Part shown: in pieces, positions 35,772 to 47,000 of the stretch
Numbering within the stretch: the first letter of the stretch is position 1
How the letters are laid out: every line of letters starts with the position of its first letter
NCBI GenBank assembly: GCA_964036045.1
Contig: OZ038378.1
Location: 188,294,001-188,358,000, forward strand
DNA length: 64,000 nucleotides
DNA from: Eutreptiella sp. 'Long Island Sound 2002'
Taxonomy: Eukaryota > Protista > Euglenida
Reading direction: 5' to 3'
Made by a program: the position numbers and the translations under genes
The notes under the pieces: model-generated
Told to the model about the DNA's origin: nothing
The model's input: only the letters and a program-made list of their open reading frames with translations
Database searches by the model: none

Positions 35772-36522
35772 GGGGGCGCCTTAAGCGTAGTGCGCGCGCA
35801 GTGCACGCGCAGTGCAACTATTTGGGCGTCTGGCTGTACTGGAGACCCATGCTTTGAGATCATAGGGGCATCATTGTTACCCTGTTGCGTAGGTTTTGAT
35901 GCTTCTTCCACATTGGGGATATAGCATTTTTGGATTTTCACCCAATTTCACCCATTTCCACCCGTTTTCACATTTTATTTGTATTTGCAAGGGCTATTTG
36001 GACCATGTCTTTGTGCAGGATACTACCCATCTCTTTGAATTGGGCTATGCCTGTGATTCCAAGTCAAGTCGCATTCGAATTGGCCATCAAATTCTCGTCC
36101 GGCCGGTCGCATCAACTTACGAGGGTTGATGTGGCTGGTGAAGCGAAAGACCCGCTATAGGGTGAGTAGTTCAACTCCGAATAATCTCGTAGCAGAAATT
36201 GCCTCCGCGGGGCTGTCACCACAACGGTCGTCGTATTATGTCGACAAAGGTTTCGATGCACATACGAAAGGAGGTACCCCCGGCCGCCTCCCCCTCTACA
36301 TTAGAGGGTGTTGAGGGTGGCAACCAATACGCTGTTCATGGCTTTTCCAGATGTGCATGATGTGTGTTATGTGAAGGGAAGGTAGTTTGCAACTTTCTTG
36401 AGCTAGGGCAGTTTGGGTCACCTAATTCTAAGGGCGTTTCCAAGGGGTGTGCCCTGGGGCTCTTCGGGGGGAACATAGTCTAAAAGTAGCGCGCAGTGCG
36501 CGCGCAGTGCAAGGATTCCCCC
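35772..36522 (+). mobile_element. TIR element E4 (751 bp), GGGGG-terminal family
   Basis: TIR GGGGGCGCCTT vs GGGGGAATCCTT. TSD TAA at 35769-35771 and 36523-36525. Direct subterminal repeat TAG(T)GCGCGC.CAGTGC.CGCGCAGTGC at both ends. The empty site CCCTAATC-TAA-GATCCGG resembles the intact repeat near 34470. Confidence 0.85.
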
Positions 36523-37569
36523 TAAGATCCGGTCCATTTGGGGGGGTGGGGGGTTACCACCACCCTAATCCAGGACGGATCACATGGCCAGTCCCCCATG
36601 TCTAAACTTCGTTGCTGGGGCATTGCAACCTCGGGGGAGGGGGCCCTCTAAGCCTGTCCGAATAAGGGGGTGGGGGGTGTAACAAATGGGCTCGAAGGGC
36701 CAAGCTGTCAAACTTTCGGTAATGATGTGTTCCCAATATGTTAGGATGAGGGCAAAGGCATGGAACACACATGGGCTGGGTGTGGAACGGGGTAGAGTAC
36801 TATTGAGTGTACCTCACTACTTGGGATTTGAATCTTGCCAATCTTTTCTGATAGTTGCCCAATTGGGGTTACAAGTGATTATTCCAAATATTTCGAAATG
36901 CTCTGTTCTTTTCCAAATATGAGAAGCAAGGGTGTTCGGGTGATGGTCTGTAGCTTTTTTTTCTAATTTGTTGTGAGCGAATTTTCTTGATGTTGTGGCC
37001 TCTTTGCATTCAGTCATATCGGCTCCTCATGAGTTCCCATCTTACCAAACCCAACAAGAGATTGAAAAAGGAGGGAACATGGTGGTTTTTTTCTAGCGTG
37101 CACCGGCAGCGCTCAAATTGGAACAACACGGGCGAGCACTTGTACTTGACCACCAAGGGACAATTGCATCATTTGCGATGGCACCTAGAGGCAAGCCAGC
37201 AACAGCAGGCATCTATAAGGCAGAATCGCCAGTAAGCATACCAAATCCTGATAGAAGTACTTGGGGGGATACACTTGGAATGGCACCATTTGGCTCAGCA
37301 CAGGTGTATCATTTTTATGGGTGTTATAGTTGCAGGGACCCTTTTGCAGGCTAGCTGGAGCGGATGCCATATGTCTATAGGAACAACAAGCATCCTAGTC
37401 ACCTCCAAGAAATAATTGCAACCAGTGAAAGATCCATGGGAAACAACAACCACTAGTCAGTGTCCATGTGTGTCGGGTATTTTGTACCAAAAAATTCAAT
37501 TCTATTTGAAAAGCTAGCGCCAAATTTTCTTTGCACCAAATGTTGCCACTCCAAATTTGGCAATACCAC

Positions 37570-38480
37570 CCCCTGGCCCCTCGGTAGCAACAAGCAGCCA
37601 AAATCCTCCTGCAACCATTAAAAAGCCTCCAAGAAATATTTTGGTTAGGGTGCATTGGAAAGAGGTAGCCCCCCCCCCCCCCCACAAAAAATCGGGGTAG
37701 GTGTTTTGAATCAGTGGGTGTAGCAGCAACTAGGGGGCACTGTGTGTTTGAGATATGATTTGCCAAATGTGTGCGGAATGTGGAATGGCAGAGTGTGGGG
37801 TCATGTTGGTGGGCCTAGCCCCGAGAGTCTAAGGGGTTGGGGTGTTGGGAAACAGGCTTGGATCGCCCTCCCCCGTGGAGGCAGGTGCTGAAGACAGGCA
37901 ACATCGTGCTCAGAGGACTTTCCCATGAGCTGCACATTGGACAGCTCCATGTTGTTGCTCTCGCTAATTGTTTCTGTGACCGTTGCTTATGCTGGTGCTG
38001 TTCATGTCGATCTGACTGGTGCTGATCATGGCGGTCTGACTATGGCTATGGCTATGGCTATGGCTGCTGCTGTTACTCCAAGATCCTAGAACAACAACCT
38101 CTGTGACACCAATGTCGAACATTGCCACATATGCATACCAAGACCTGCATGTGTGGTTCATTCTGTGGCTTGCATGTGGCCCCGGTAGCAACAAGCGTCC
38201 AAAAGCCTCCCGCAACCATGAGGAAGCCTCCGAGAACATTTCTGGTTTAGGGGGCATCGAAAAGGGGCAGACCCCTCGCACAACTAGGAGGTAGGTGGTT
38301 TGAACTGGTGGATGCAGCGCCCTTCCCGAGGGGGGGGGGGGGTGGGCACTGTGCATTTGAGGTATGATTGTTGGAATTCATGTGTGAGGTCATTAGTGGG
38401 CCCAGCCCCGAGAGCCCAATAAGAGGGGGGGGGGTGAGAAATAGGCTTGAAGGCCCCCCCCACCCGGAGTTGCAATGGAT
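37570..38480 (+). repeat. Diverged direct repeat pair (~300 bp)
   Basis: CGGTAGCAACAAGC...GCAACCAT...AAGCCTCC...GGCACTGTG..TTTGAG.TATGATT...GCCCCGAGAG at ~37580-37830 and ~38180-38420. Confidence 0.7.
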
Positions 38481-38744
38481 CCCGGGCCCTTGATTCATAC
38501 ACCATGTACCTATGGTTGATTCAATGAACGCAAACACGGGCAATGCTCAACAGGGGTACATTTTAACCAGAAAGCTGAGAGTCACATTGGCATGGTCATT
38601 GTAGGCTCCGTGAGATTGTACGTATGCAAATGCATGTATGCGTGCTCATGCCTGCATCTTACTCCTGGCACATGCTCTTTCGCATTGCAAGTGTATATCC
38701 TTTGTGGACACATCGTGAATGATTCATGAACTGAAATTATCACA

Positions 38745-39360
38745 TCATGTCAGGGGCGGGGTGTCTGGGGTTCTCCCCGCCCTGGCTGCTGCAGACGCCA
38801 TGTTGAAGAGGCGTAGTAGTTGTGCAGTGTGCGTATGATATGGCGTGTGGCGTGTGTGGTTGAGGAGAACAGTTTTCAGTTTGTTCTCCCACCGGGCCCT
38901 GGGGTAACCCTTGGCAGTCAGTTCCTGATGTACTACCGTGGCGTTCTGGATGAATAGGTCTGCAGTGGACGCGTACTGTACACACTTTTTGGCCAGGGCA
39001 GGCACCAGGGACTTGAGGGTTGCACATGCATTTGGTGAGTATGCATCGGGGTATCTGATGAGTCGTTGGCCTGGCGTCAGTCCCTGGCCATCCATTTTAT
39101 TTTTCATTGAGATGTCAACATGCCCTGACAGGGGCTGTACATGAAGTACTGCCTCAAGGGTGGGCAGGTGAGTGTTCACCCCCTCCTCCTGTAGTTGTAG
39201 GGTAAATAACTTTTTGAAACAAGATTGGACAGCCGTAGGTCCTGTAGTGCAAACCCCTGACCCACCAGGTTGTCTCGAAACCGAAAAGGGCGTAAAGGCA
39301 CTGTATGTACAGGGAAGAACTTTGAAATCAGTTTTTTCTGTGGCGTTGTAGGCTCCGTGA
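38745..39360 (-). pseudogene. Penelope-like element RT C-terminal (thumb/linker) remnant
   Basis: RLIRYPDAYSPNACATLKSLVPALAKKCVQYASTADLFIQNATVVHQELTAKGYPRARWENKL fits the PLE pattern (RYP...S......V....R....S....F......L...L...GYP). The upstream part of the 436-aa ORF is unrelated repeat sequence. Confidence 0.55.
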
Positions 39361-41739
39361 TTGTACATATGTCCGCAGTCCGCAGTCCCATGTGCTAGTG
39401 GGGGGTCGCTGTAGGCGAAACGCCAACGTCTCTGGAAATTTGCCTTTTTTTCACCGTTTGCCCCATTTTTGAGGGGTTCTCGGGGTTTAGAGCACCATTC
39501 GACCCCGAACATACATGAAATATCCCCTGGCTTTGGGTTTTCTTCATTATTCTGCACTTGCATTGAAGCTGGTTTGGATGCCATGTTGCTAAAGGGCACA
39601 TGGGAATGTGAGTTTGTTGATTTTTGTAGAGAATCGCCTGGTGACCGTCGGCGATCGATACAGGCATTGGGGCATGCACGCTTATGAGCCCCATATGCAT
39701 GCGTAACGTTCATGCTTGGTTGTTCATTTTTTCTGTGGAAGTTGTCGAATTTCTGAAGCGATTTTCCAGTCGCGGCCAGCCGCGTTGAAGTTGCCAGTGC
39801 AAGTGAAGATTTTAATCGTGAACAAAAGAGATCCTGGCCTGATTGCCACTGATGCAAATCCAATGCACCGTCCCGGAACAGTCCCGGAACAGTCCGGGGT
39901 AGTATTGGTGTCGATCCAGAACAGTTTTCGGTGAATTGCTCAGAACAGCTCAGAATAGGACCACCCACATGCACATTGCGCAGTGCGCAGTGCAGAGCGC
40001 ACAATACATTTGCACACGTGTTGTCCCATTCCATGCTTTGATTGCCAGCAAACATTCAGGGGTGGAGAGGGGGGGGGGGGCGGCTGGACCCCCCCCCCTC
40101 CTCCGCCTCCGGTCTTCTAACACGTCCCTCGGGGTGGGTCCTAGGAGACCAGTACGGAACAGTTTTTTTCGGGGGGGGGGGGGTGGCCCAACAGCGTTGC
40201 GTGCCAACCGTCCCACAGGGGGGGGGGGGTGTTAGAAATCTGGGATTTCATGCGAAACGGAACGGAACGGCGTGCCTGGCACCCATGGCCGTCGCGTTCT
40301 CCGCATGGTTGCTGGTGGATTGGGTTTGCAAGTGAGAAACAACATCCTTACGCCCCTCCATGCATCTGTAGGTGATTGAGGAAGTTGAATTTTTTTTTCG
40401 TTTCGGTCCAATGTCTTGCTCATAGGCAACACTCATGGTTGGTTGCCGTACTGGTGGCACGCCACGCCACCCATAGCCGGAGAAGAGGAGGTTGGTTCCA
40501 TTGCGATGCAGTGTGATTCCATCCAAAACCAAGGCCTAAAGGTAAGTTGCAACACAAGCCACTTGTTTTTTGTGCAGGGCAAGTTTGAAGATCAAGGTCA
40601 TGGTACGAGCTCTTGGGGAACGTGGGATATCCAGGGCTAGAGCCCCTATGTGCGCCACGCAGTGCCGAAGGCAACGAGCAAAAGCTTGTGCAGATGCTGC
40701 TGAAATCTCATGTGTTTCCCAAAAGGAAATGTGTTCTTTCACAGTGCATTGAAGAGTGAGGCACTCCATTGTCTGGGCAATACTCAAACAAACGAAACAC
40801 ACTACATTTTGGCCGACACCAGGTCAAGACTAGGATGCAAAATGTGACATACTTGTCACTTGGCAATCCCACCAATCGACGCAACGAAGGACCGTAAGAA
40901 GAACCACAATTTTTGCTTGCTGCCAAGCCGAGATGTTACGTGTTGTTAAGCCCTAAATTGGGGACTAGCCAGAAGGGTTGTGGGTTTTCTTTCAACTTTC
41001 TTGATCCATTTCAGGCTGGGGATGGGGGGTTGTACACCACCATATTTCTGTTGGCGCGCATGCCTATCTAATCCACTTTGATCCACTTTGGCCAACTGGC
41101 CAATTGGCCAACAAGTAGAACTTACCCCAGTGTCTTGTTTGGAATACAAAGTTCGTTGTGCATCAAGAATTCTGGTGTGCATCGGCTGCAGGGGTTTTCT
41201 TGGTTAGCTCCTTTCGGCATTGTCAATGATCTCAATGTACTTTTTGTCATGTGCCTGTCTCATGCATATGAAAGTCCATGGTTGCTCTACATTGGAAGGT
41301 TGGCGTAAGACTGGGTGAGGTTGGGGCTCCCATGGTAGTTCACGTTGTGTGCCATGGCTTTCGGTGGACTTTTGAGCTTCAATCCATTTAAGGAGGGGAG
41401 GGAGGGAGGGGTGCATGGGGGTTTACCTCCATGTCCGATCCGATCCGTGATGCAACCCAATTTTTTTTGGGGGGGGGGCTTTGGGAGGGCAAGGGTTCTC
41501 CACCTTGATCCCTGGTGGATCAGATCGCCGAATCCCGATTAGTTTTTTTTTGTTCCTATCCACCACCACCACCACCATTAAGCCCCATTGCATCGGCGGC
41601 CAACATCCTCTGAAGAGCCGTGTCCGGTTGACCGCCCAATATCAATGCGTTGGAAAACAAAGTTGCCTTTAGTAAGTACATGAATTTGGAGATTGTCCCA
41701 TGATGCTGGCCTGTAGCAAAATTTTCTTTTCCGCATGTG

Positions 41740-42400
41740 GCGGGTGGGGGGCTGGATACGGGCACGTTTGTGGGAATCCTGACCGACGGAGCGTAGATTT
41801 GGGCACTATGCGTGCTCATTTCATCCCCACTACGATCGTTCGTGCCGCTTCAAGTTTTAGTTGCATGGTTTGTATGGGTGGGTACAAGTTGGGACAAGTC
41901 AAGTCCAATGATGTGCCAACCTGCTCACAGAAGCCACCATCTGTGACAAGTTTGTCTGGTCCTGATGGCGAACAATTCATCGGGAGTGCAGAGGAGTCTG
42001 AGGTGCGTTTGTGTAGGGTGGTTTGGTTGCGGCTTAGCCATGTGGAGAAAGTTCGTGATGTTGCACAGTGCAGTCCAAGCCCTGCTCGGGTTGGATTGTG
42101 ATTAACGAGTGTGAGATCGCTGCCACACCAAAGACCATTGACAAGTGCTTCGTAGACGTGAACTCCCTCCCCTCCTACAAATTGCCCCCTCCGATTCTTC
42201 CTGGTGTAGGGATGCCCGAAAACTCCCAAGGCAAGCTCACACGGAGAGGTTCGAAGTAGAGAGGCAAAGGAGCATTGGATCGCAGCTTTGCGGAAAAAGG
42301 TGTATTGTTGGGTTCCCGTGAACGCCCTCCCCTCTTCCCTCATGACACTGTACAACTCCCTTGGCGTTGATTTTGTGCGCACTTCGCACCAACCCTCGTG
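41740..42400 (-). pseudogene. Merlin/ISXO2-like (IS1595-type) transposase remnant
   Basis: VFG..YTRKNRRG..V...GVHV, RNQTTL, KLVTDGG and frameshifted THSAQIYAPSVRIPTN match the order of RK..RG / R...TL / TDG / NHS....TN motifs. Confidence 0.5.
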
Positions 42401-42804
42401 TCGTCCTCAGTAGTGACACTGCTTTGGGGTTTGCATCACGGCACGTTTGCACCGGTCCATGCGGCTTGACCTTGCAGTGCAGGATGGGCGAACCAGCAAA
42501 ATCACAGATCTAGTCAAGTGCTGTGTGGGGGCCAAAGATTTGACATTGCTGCAATTGAGTATTTTGAACGCTCTTGTACGCCGACAGGTTTTGTGTTGGG
42601 CATCCCCTCGGGCTCTGCCACATCCTTGAACGCTTTAATGCAAGAGCAAATTTTTCCCAACACCAATGTTTTCCCATGATGATTCCAATGATTTTGGTAC
42701 CAACAAATTGACTTTGGTGGAAAGATTTTGATCCTTAAATGGGAATCCAAAGGAAATGTGCCACAGGGGCCCGCGCGGCTTGTCATGAGCGGATACGAAG
42801 CGAT

Positions 42805-43355
42805 GGGGGTGGCTCAAGTCACGGTACGTCACGCTACGTCAAGGTAATGAACAATTGATGCCCCGAGACTAATTTCGTCATAACGGGTTGGGTAGAGTGT
42901 GCAGGTGTGTAGTTCCGTGTAGTTATGCCCTAAGGGTGAAAGGAGCCTAAGGGTGAAAGGAGCTTGACAGATGAGGAGAAGAGGATAGGCATGGTGATGG
43001 TTGAAGCTAGGCCTCCAAAGATCGACACCCGTAGTGGGAAACCATTTCCTGATTTTGCTGGAGCCGCTGCAGCACTTCGATCAAGCCCATACAATTGGCC
43101 ACTACCCTATGAGACCTTGCTGGAGTCCCTTAGGGCTGTGTGTGAAGGAAACAAGGGGCGTGACAAGGAGAGGCACAAACAGTCTGCAGAAATAGCAGAT
43201 TTGGCGGCCTAGGGGCACACTTCGGTCCCCAACCCAAGTATCCTGGCAGGAGGCTTTTGCATGGTTCATATCAATCAAATTTTCACACTTTTACTTCACT
43301 TTACTTTTTTACTTCACGGTACGTCATGGTACGTCATGGTGTATGAGCCACCCCA
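42805..43355 (+). mobile_element. TIR element E5 (551 bp), GGGGG-terminal family
   Basis: TIR GGGGGTGGCTCA vs TGGGGTGGCTCA (11/12). TSD GAT at 42802-42804 and 43356-43358. Direct subterminal repeat TCACGGTACGTCA at both ends. Contains the open frame 42964-43212. Confidence 0.85.
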
Positions 43356-43466
43356 GATGGGAGTTGGCAAGACGGCAGGAAGCGGTTACAAGTGGTTACT
43401 GTCAGTGAACAAAACCGGTTGGGGTGTGTGACTGGGGAAGGGAGGCTGAACAATGCGTCACCCCTA

Positions 43467-44035
43467 GGGGGCGTTTTGCGCGCTGTGCCCGCGTTGTGCA
43501 CAAAGTTTGTTTCTAGTGCATTGGTATGTGTTGTTGTGCATCCTTTTCTATAGGTTTGTGGTATCTTTTTCGAGATTTGCCCAGTACATATCCAGTGGCT
43601 CTACTGTAAGTGCAAACAGTTCTGATTCGTCCTCCTCATCAGCCGGCAGCACGGAAATCACTAGTTGAGCCTCGCCCCAACTGTTGTTTGCACTCCATAC
43701 TTAGGCAGTTTTCCTGTCTTCTTTTCATAATAAGTGCCATGGACGGGCATGAAATGCAACGAGCCTCAGAATCACATCAGCCTCACGCTTCCGCTGAGCA
43801 GAGACTCGCGGAGCAAGCCAGAGAAACTCAGCAACTACGAGAGCAGCTCGCCCGGGCGCCTGTGAAGGAAGGTCCGACACTCCCTCCCCTGTCCGTTCCA
43901 GAGCTAAACAAGGAAACATCAGGCTGTCCAACGTTGTGGGGGTGTAGTATGGTTTGTATCGGCAAGAATATTGCCAATTGTAGCAAAAACCCCCAATTTT
44001 TTCCTGTCATGTGCGCGCTGTGCACACACGCCCCC
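43467..44035 (+). mobile_element. TIR element E6 (569 bp), GGGGG-terminal family
   Basis: TIR GGGGGCGT at both ends. TSD CTA at 43464-43466 and 44036-44038. Direct subterminal repeat TGCGCGCTGTGC. Carries the coiled-coil-like fragment MDGHEMQRASE...QQLREQLAR. Confidence 0.85.
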
Positions 44036-44099
44036 CTAAGCACTTACAGTGAGGAGGGGTCCCATCAAGGCGAGATATTGTGCCGGTTGCTATTTTCAG

Positions 44100-47000
44100 A
44101 TGCGCGTCCTGGTTCGTGCCTTGGAAAGGAAATTGCGACTCTGCATGTCCCAGGCGGTGGGGAAACGTTTTTGGTGGATGGGAGTGGGACAGTTGTCCCA
44201 CTGCTCCCAAGTGCTGCTTCTGCTCCCGTGGCGTCCATGCCGCTGCCGGCGCCGGCAGCCTTCGCAGTCAGTCAAAGTTGCGCACTTTGCACGGGCCGCG
44301 TGGACGGTGCGAATTGAGGGGGCTCTACACAACCCAAGCCAAGGTTGCCGGGGCACGCCCAGTGGCCCCCAAATGCAGAGGGGGCGATGGGGGGGGCGAG
44401 GGGGACGAAACAAAAAAGCTAGCCAAGGAGGCACACACTCATCCACTCACTCCGAAACACGCATAAGCCCTTCAACAACAAACCCTTCACCCAACACCAC
44501 CCAACCCCCTTGGCCAACCCTCACGCGGGGGGGGGGGGGGGGGTTCTCAAATGAAAGAACGAGGCACCCACCTTCCTAAATAAGGAAGGCCCCCAGCCCC
44601 ACCGGGCTCCACTAAGCAAAGGCCCTGTTCTGTATTCTTCGAAATCGCATCATTCTAGCACTTCGCCCTGTGAACACTTAACCACAAACGAGGGCGGCAC
44701 ATACGCCTATCAGAATAAGACACACGCAAAGCACTTCCGCCGACCCTAAAGCGATGGCGCTCCGATGACCCTGTTTGGCTTATCCCCACTGCCCCCTTCT
44801 CGCGGGCTGCCCGAGTGCCGGTACAGCTTTTCTTAGCCCAGAGAAGGGGGCGGGCGCTTCGGTCGGAGCCTCGTGTTGTTTTTTGCTGGCAGAAATGGGA
44901 ACGAGACGCCCTCATTTATGTACATGAGTGTTTGTTGCCTCTATTTTAAGGCACATGGGGCACCCCAGACGAAACGGGCCTCGAAGGACCCCCCCCCCAT
45001 CCTCACCCCAGAGAAAAGCCTCCAACAAAATCTGCAAGGGAGGGGTTCTTGTGGTGCTGAGGGGGCTCGTGTTGCAGGATCAATTGTTGATGGCCATCAA
45101 AAGGAAAGAGGAGGCCACGGTTGGCAAGTTGCGAACGCGCATCCAGGAGCTGCAAGAGCAAGTATGCCAGCTTGGCCCGCCTGCAGCAAGGGACCCTTCG
45201 TGGGGCCCCACCAGTCGTCGGAGTAAACCCGCTGAGCGGATATGCCCACCGAGCCGATATGTCCGGTTTGCTCCAGTGAGCTGGGACCCTTTGTCTGGGC
45301 GATGGGCGCTGAAAGGGGCTCCAACGGGGCTGTATAGAGGCAGTTAAAAAAGCCCTTGCTGCTGAGCAGTGAACTTATGGGAGGCGGTTGTGCAGACAAC
45401 TACCGTTCTTCATGCAGAGGGTGGTTGTAAGCGATTCTCTCCTACCAAAGAAAAAATGGGGGCAAGCAAATTTGGCTACAGCTTTCCGTCGAGCGATTCC
45501 CTGCTTCCAGTCTATCCATGCACCCTCAAAAGCATCTTGTCCCTCCCCCAGCGGAGCATCAAGCAAACGCTTCAGTGGGAAGAGCACTCTTGGATGCACA
45601 GGATGTGCAGGCTCTGGTTCAAGTTTTGCGGACTCAATCAGAAAGGCCCGTTCACTGGGATGTGTGGGAAGGCGATGAAACAGCATCCAGCGCCAAACTC
45701 AGCACTGAAGCAAGACACCTCGTGGATCATTGGACAGTCGAGGTATCAGGGTTATAAATCATCTCCTGCGGTGGTAGGCCATAAGGCGAAGCTTGTGTAC
45801 GCATCCGGTACAACGACAAGCATCATCTTGCAGAGGATTTAACACCAAAAATAGGCAATTGAGGTCGGCGTTTTTTGGTGGGAATTGTGCATGTGCATTT
45901 GTTTTGTTTATTTAACAGGCTGGCAGTGATTTCTGATGGCAGGGTGTGCCGTTCGTCACAGCAAGGGGTCAAGAGTTGACAGTAGTCACACACACACCTT
46001 GGTGGACCTGTTCGTCACAGCAAGGGGTCAAGAGTTGACAGTAGTCACACACCTTGGTGGGCCTGTTCGTCACAGCAACGGGTCAAGAGTTGACAGTAGT
46101 CACACACCTTGGTGGACCTGTTCGTCACAGCAAGGGGTCAAGAGTTGACAGTAGTCACATACCTTGGTGGACCTGTTCGTCACAGCAAGGGGTCAAGAGT
46201 TGACAGCAGTCACACACCTTGGTGGACCTGAACAAGCCCTAGTTGCAGCACGACACCCTGGCCTTTCAACAAAGGGCAAGTTGTGTTCACTCCGTGTGTA
46301 TTATCTGCAACCGTCCCCTTTCTTTGCCACTACATCACCAAGAACAATTTTGGAACGCTATGCTACCGGTATTCCAGTCTAAAACTGACGTTACCACTGT
46401 ATGCCATGCACCAAGGCTGACACGCAGTGCCTTCATTTACGCCTCATTGGTTACGTTTCCTGTGGAAGTGCCTTGGAATTTGTCGACTCGCCTTGGTGCC
46501 AGGCTTCAGCACAGAACCAGTTTTTCCACCTTATCTCCCGCATTAGGAGATCAAGAAGCAGGGTTTCCAAAAGGCGCAAGATTTTCTTCTTTTTTTCCTT
46601 CAAGGAAAGTCAAAAAAAGCGTGGCTTGATAGGTAGCGTTTACCTGGTGGCTGATGGTCAACTGCCAGCAGTCAGTGTACCGCATGTCATGGGGCAAAGC
46701 AGTTTCTTTTCTTTTGGGGGTCAAGGAAAGGGTATGGCCTCGCCACCCTCTCGCACCCCGTATGCCTCAGCTTGCTACGAACGAGGACGAGCGCCGGGAA
46801 ATGGCGTGGACGATTGATCAGCGCAAGGAGGAGAACACCGAATTGACGATGCTTCTGACCACCACCCAAATGCAGCTGCAGTCTTTGGATGCCGACTCGA
46901 AAGACAAAACTGCAGCCGTTGCGGCGCGAGTGAGGCAGGCAGAGCAGCACCGGTGTGCATTTGTCAGGCCATTGGCGCGCTTGGTGGTGGCCGCTGTACC

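Noticed and set aside
36840-36910. Helitron Rep motif (FGIITCNPNW)
   Set aside because: A single short motif, with no other Rep/helicase motifs or Helitron termini.
38745-40055. Intact 436-aa gene
   Set aside because: Only the C-terminal third resembles a protein domain (PLE RT). The rest reads through unrelated repeats.
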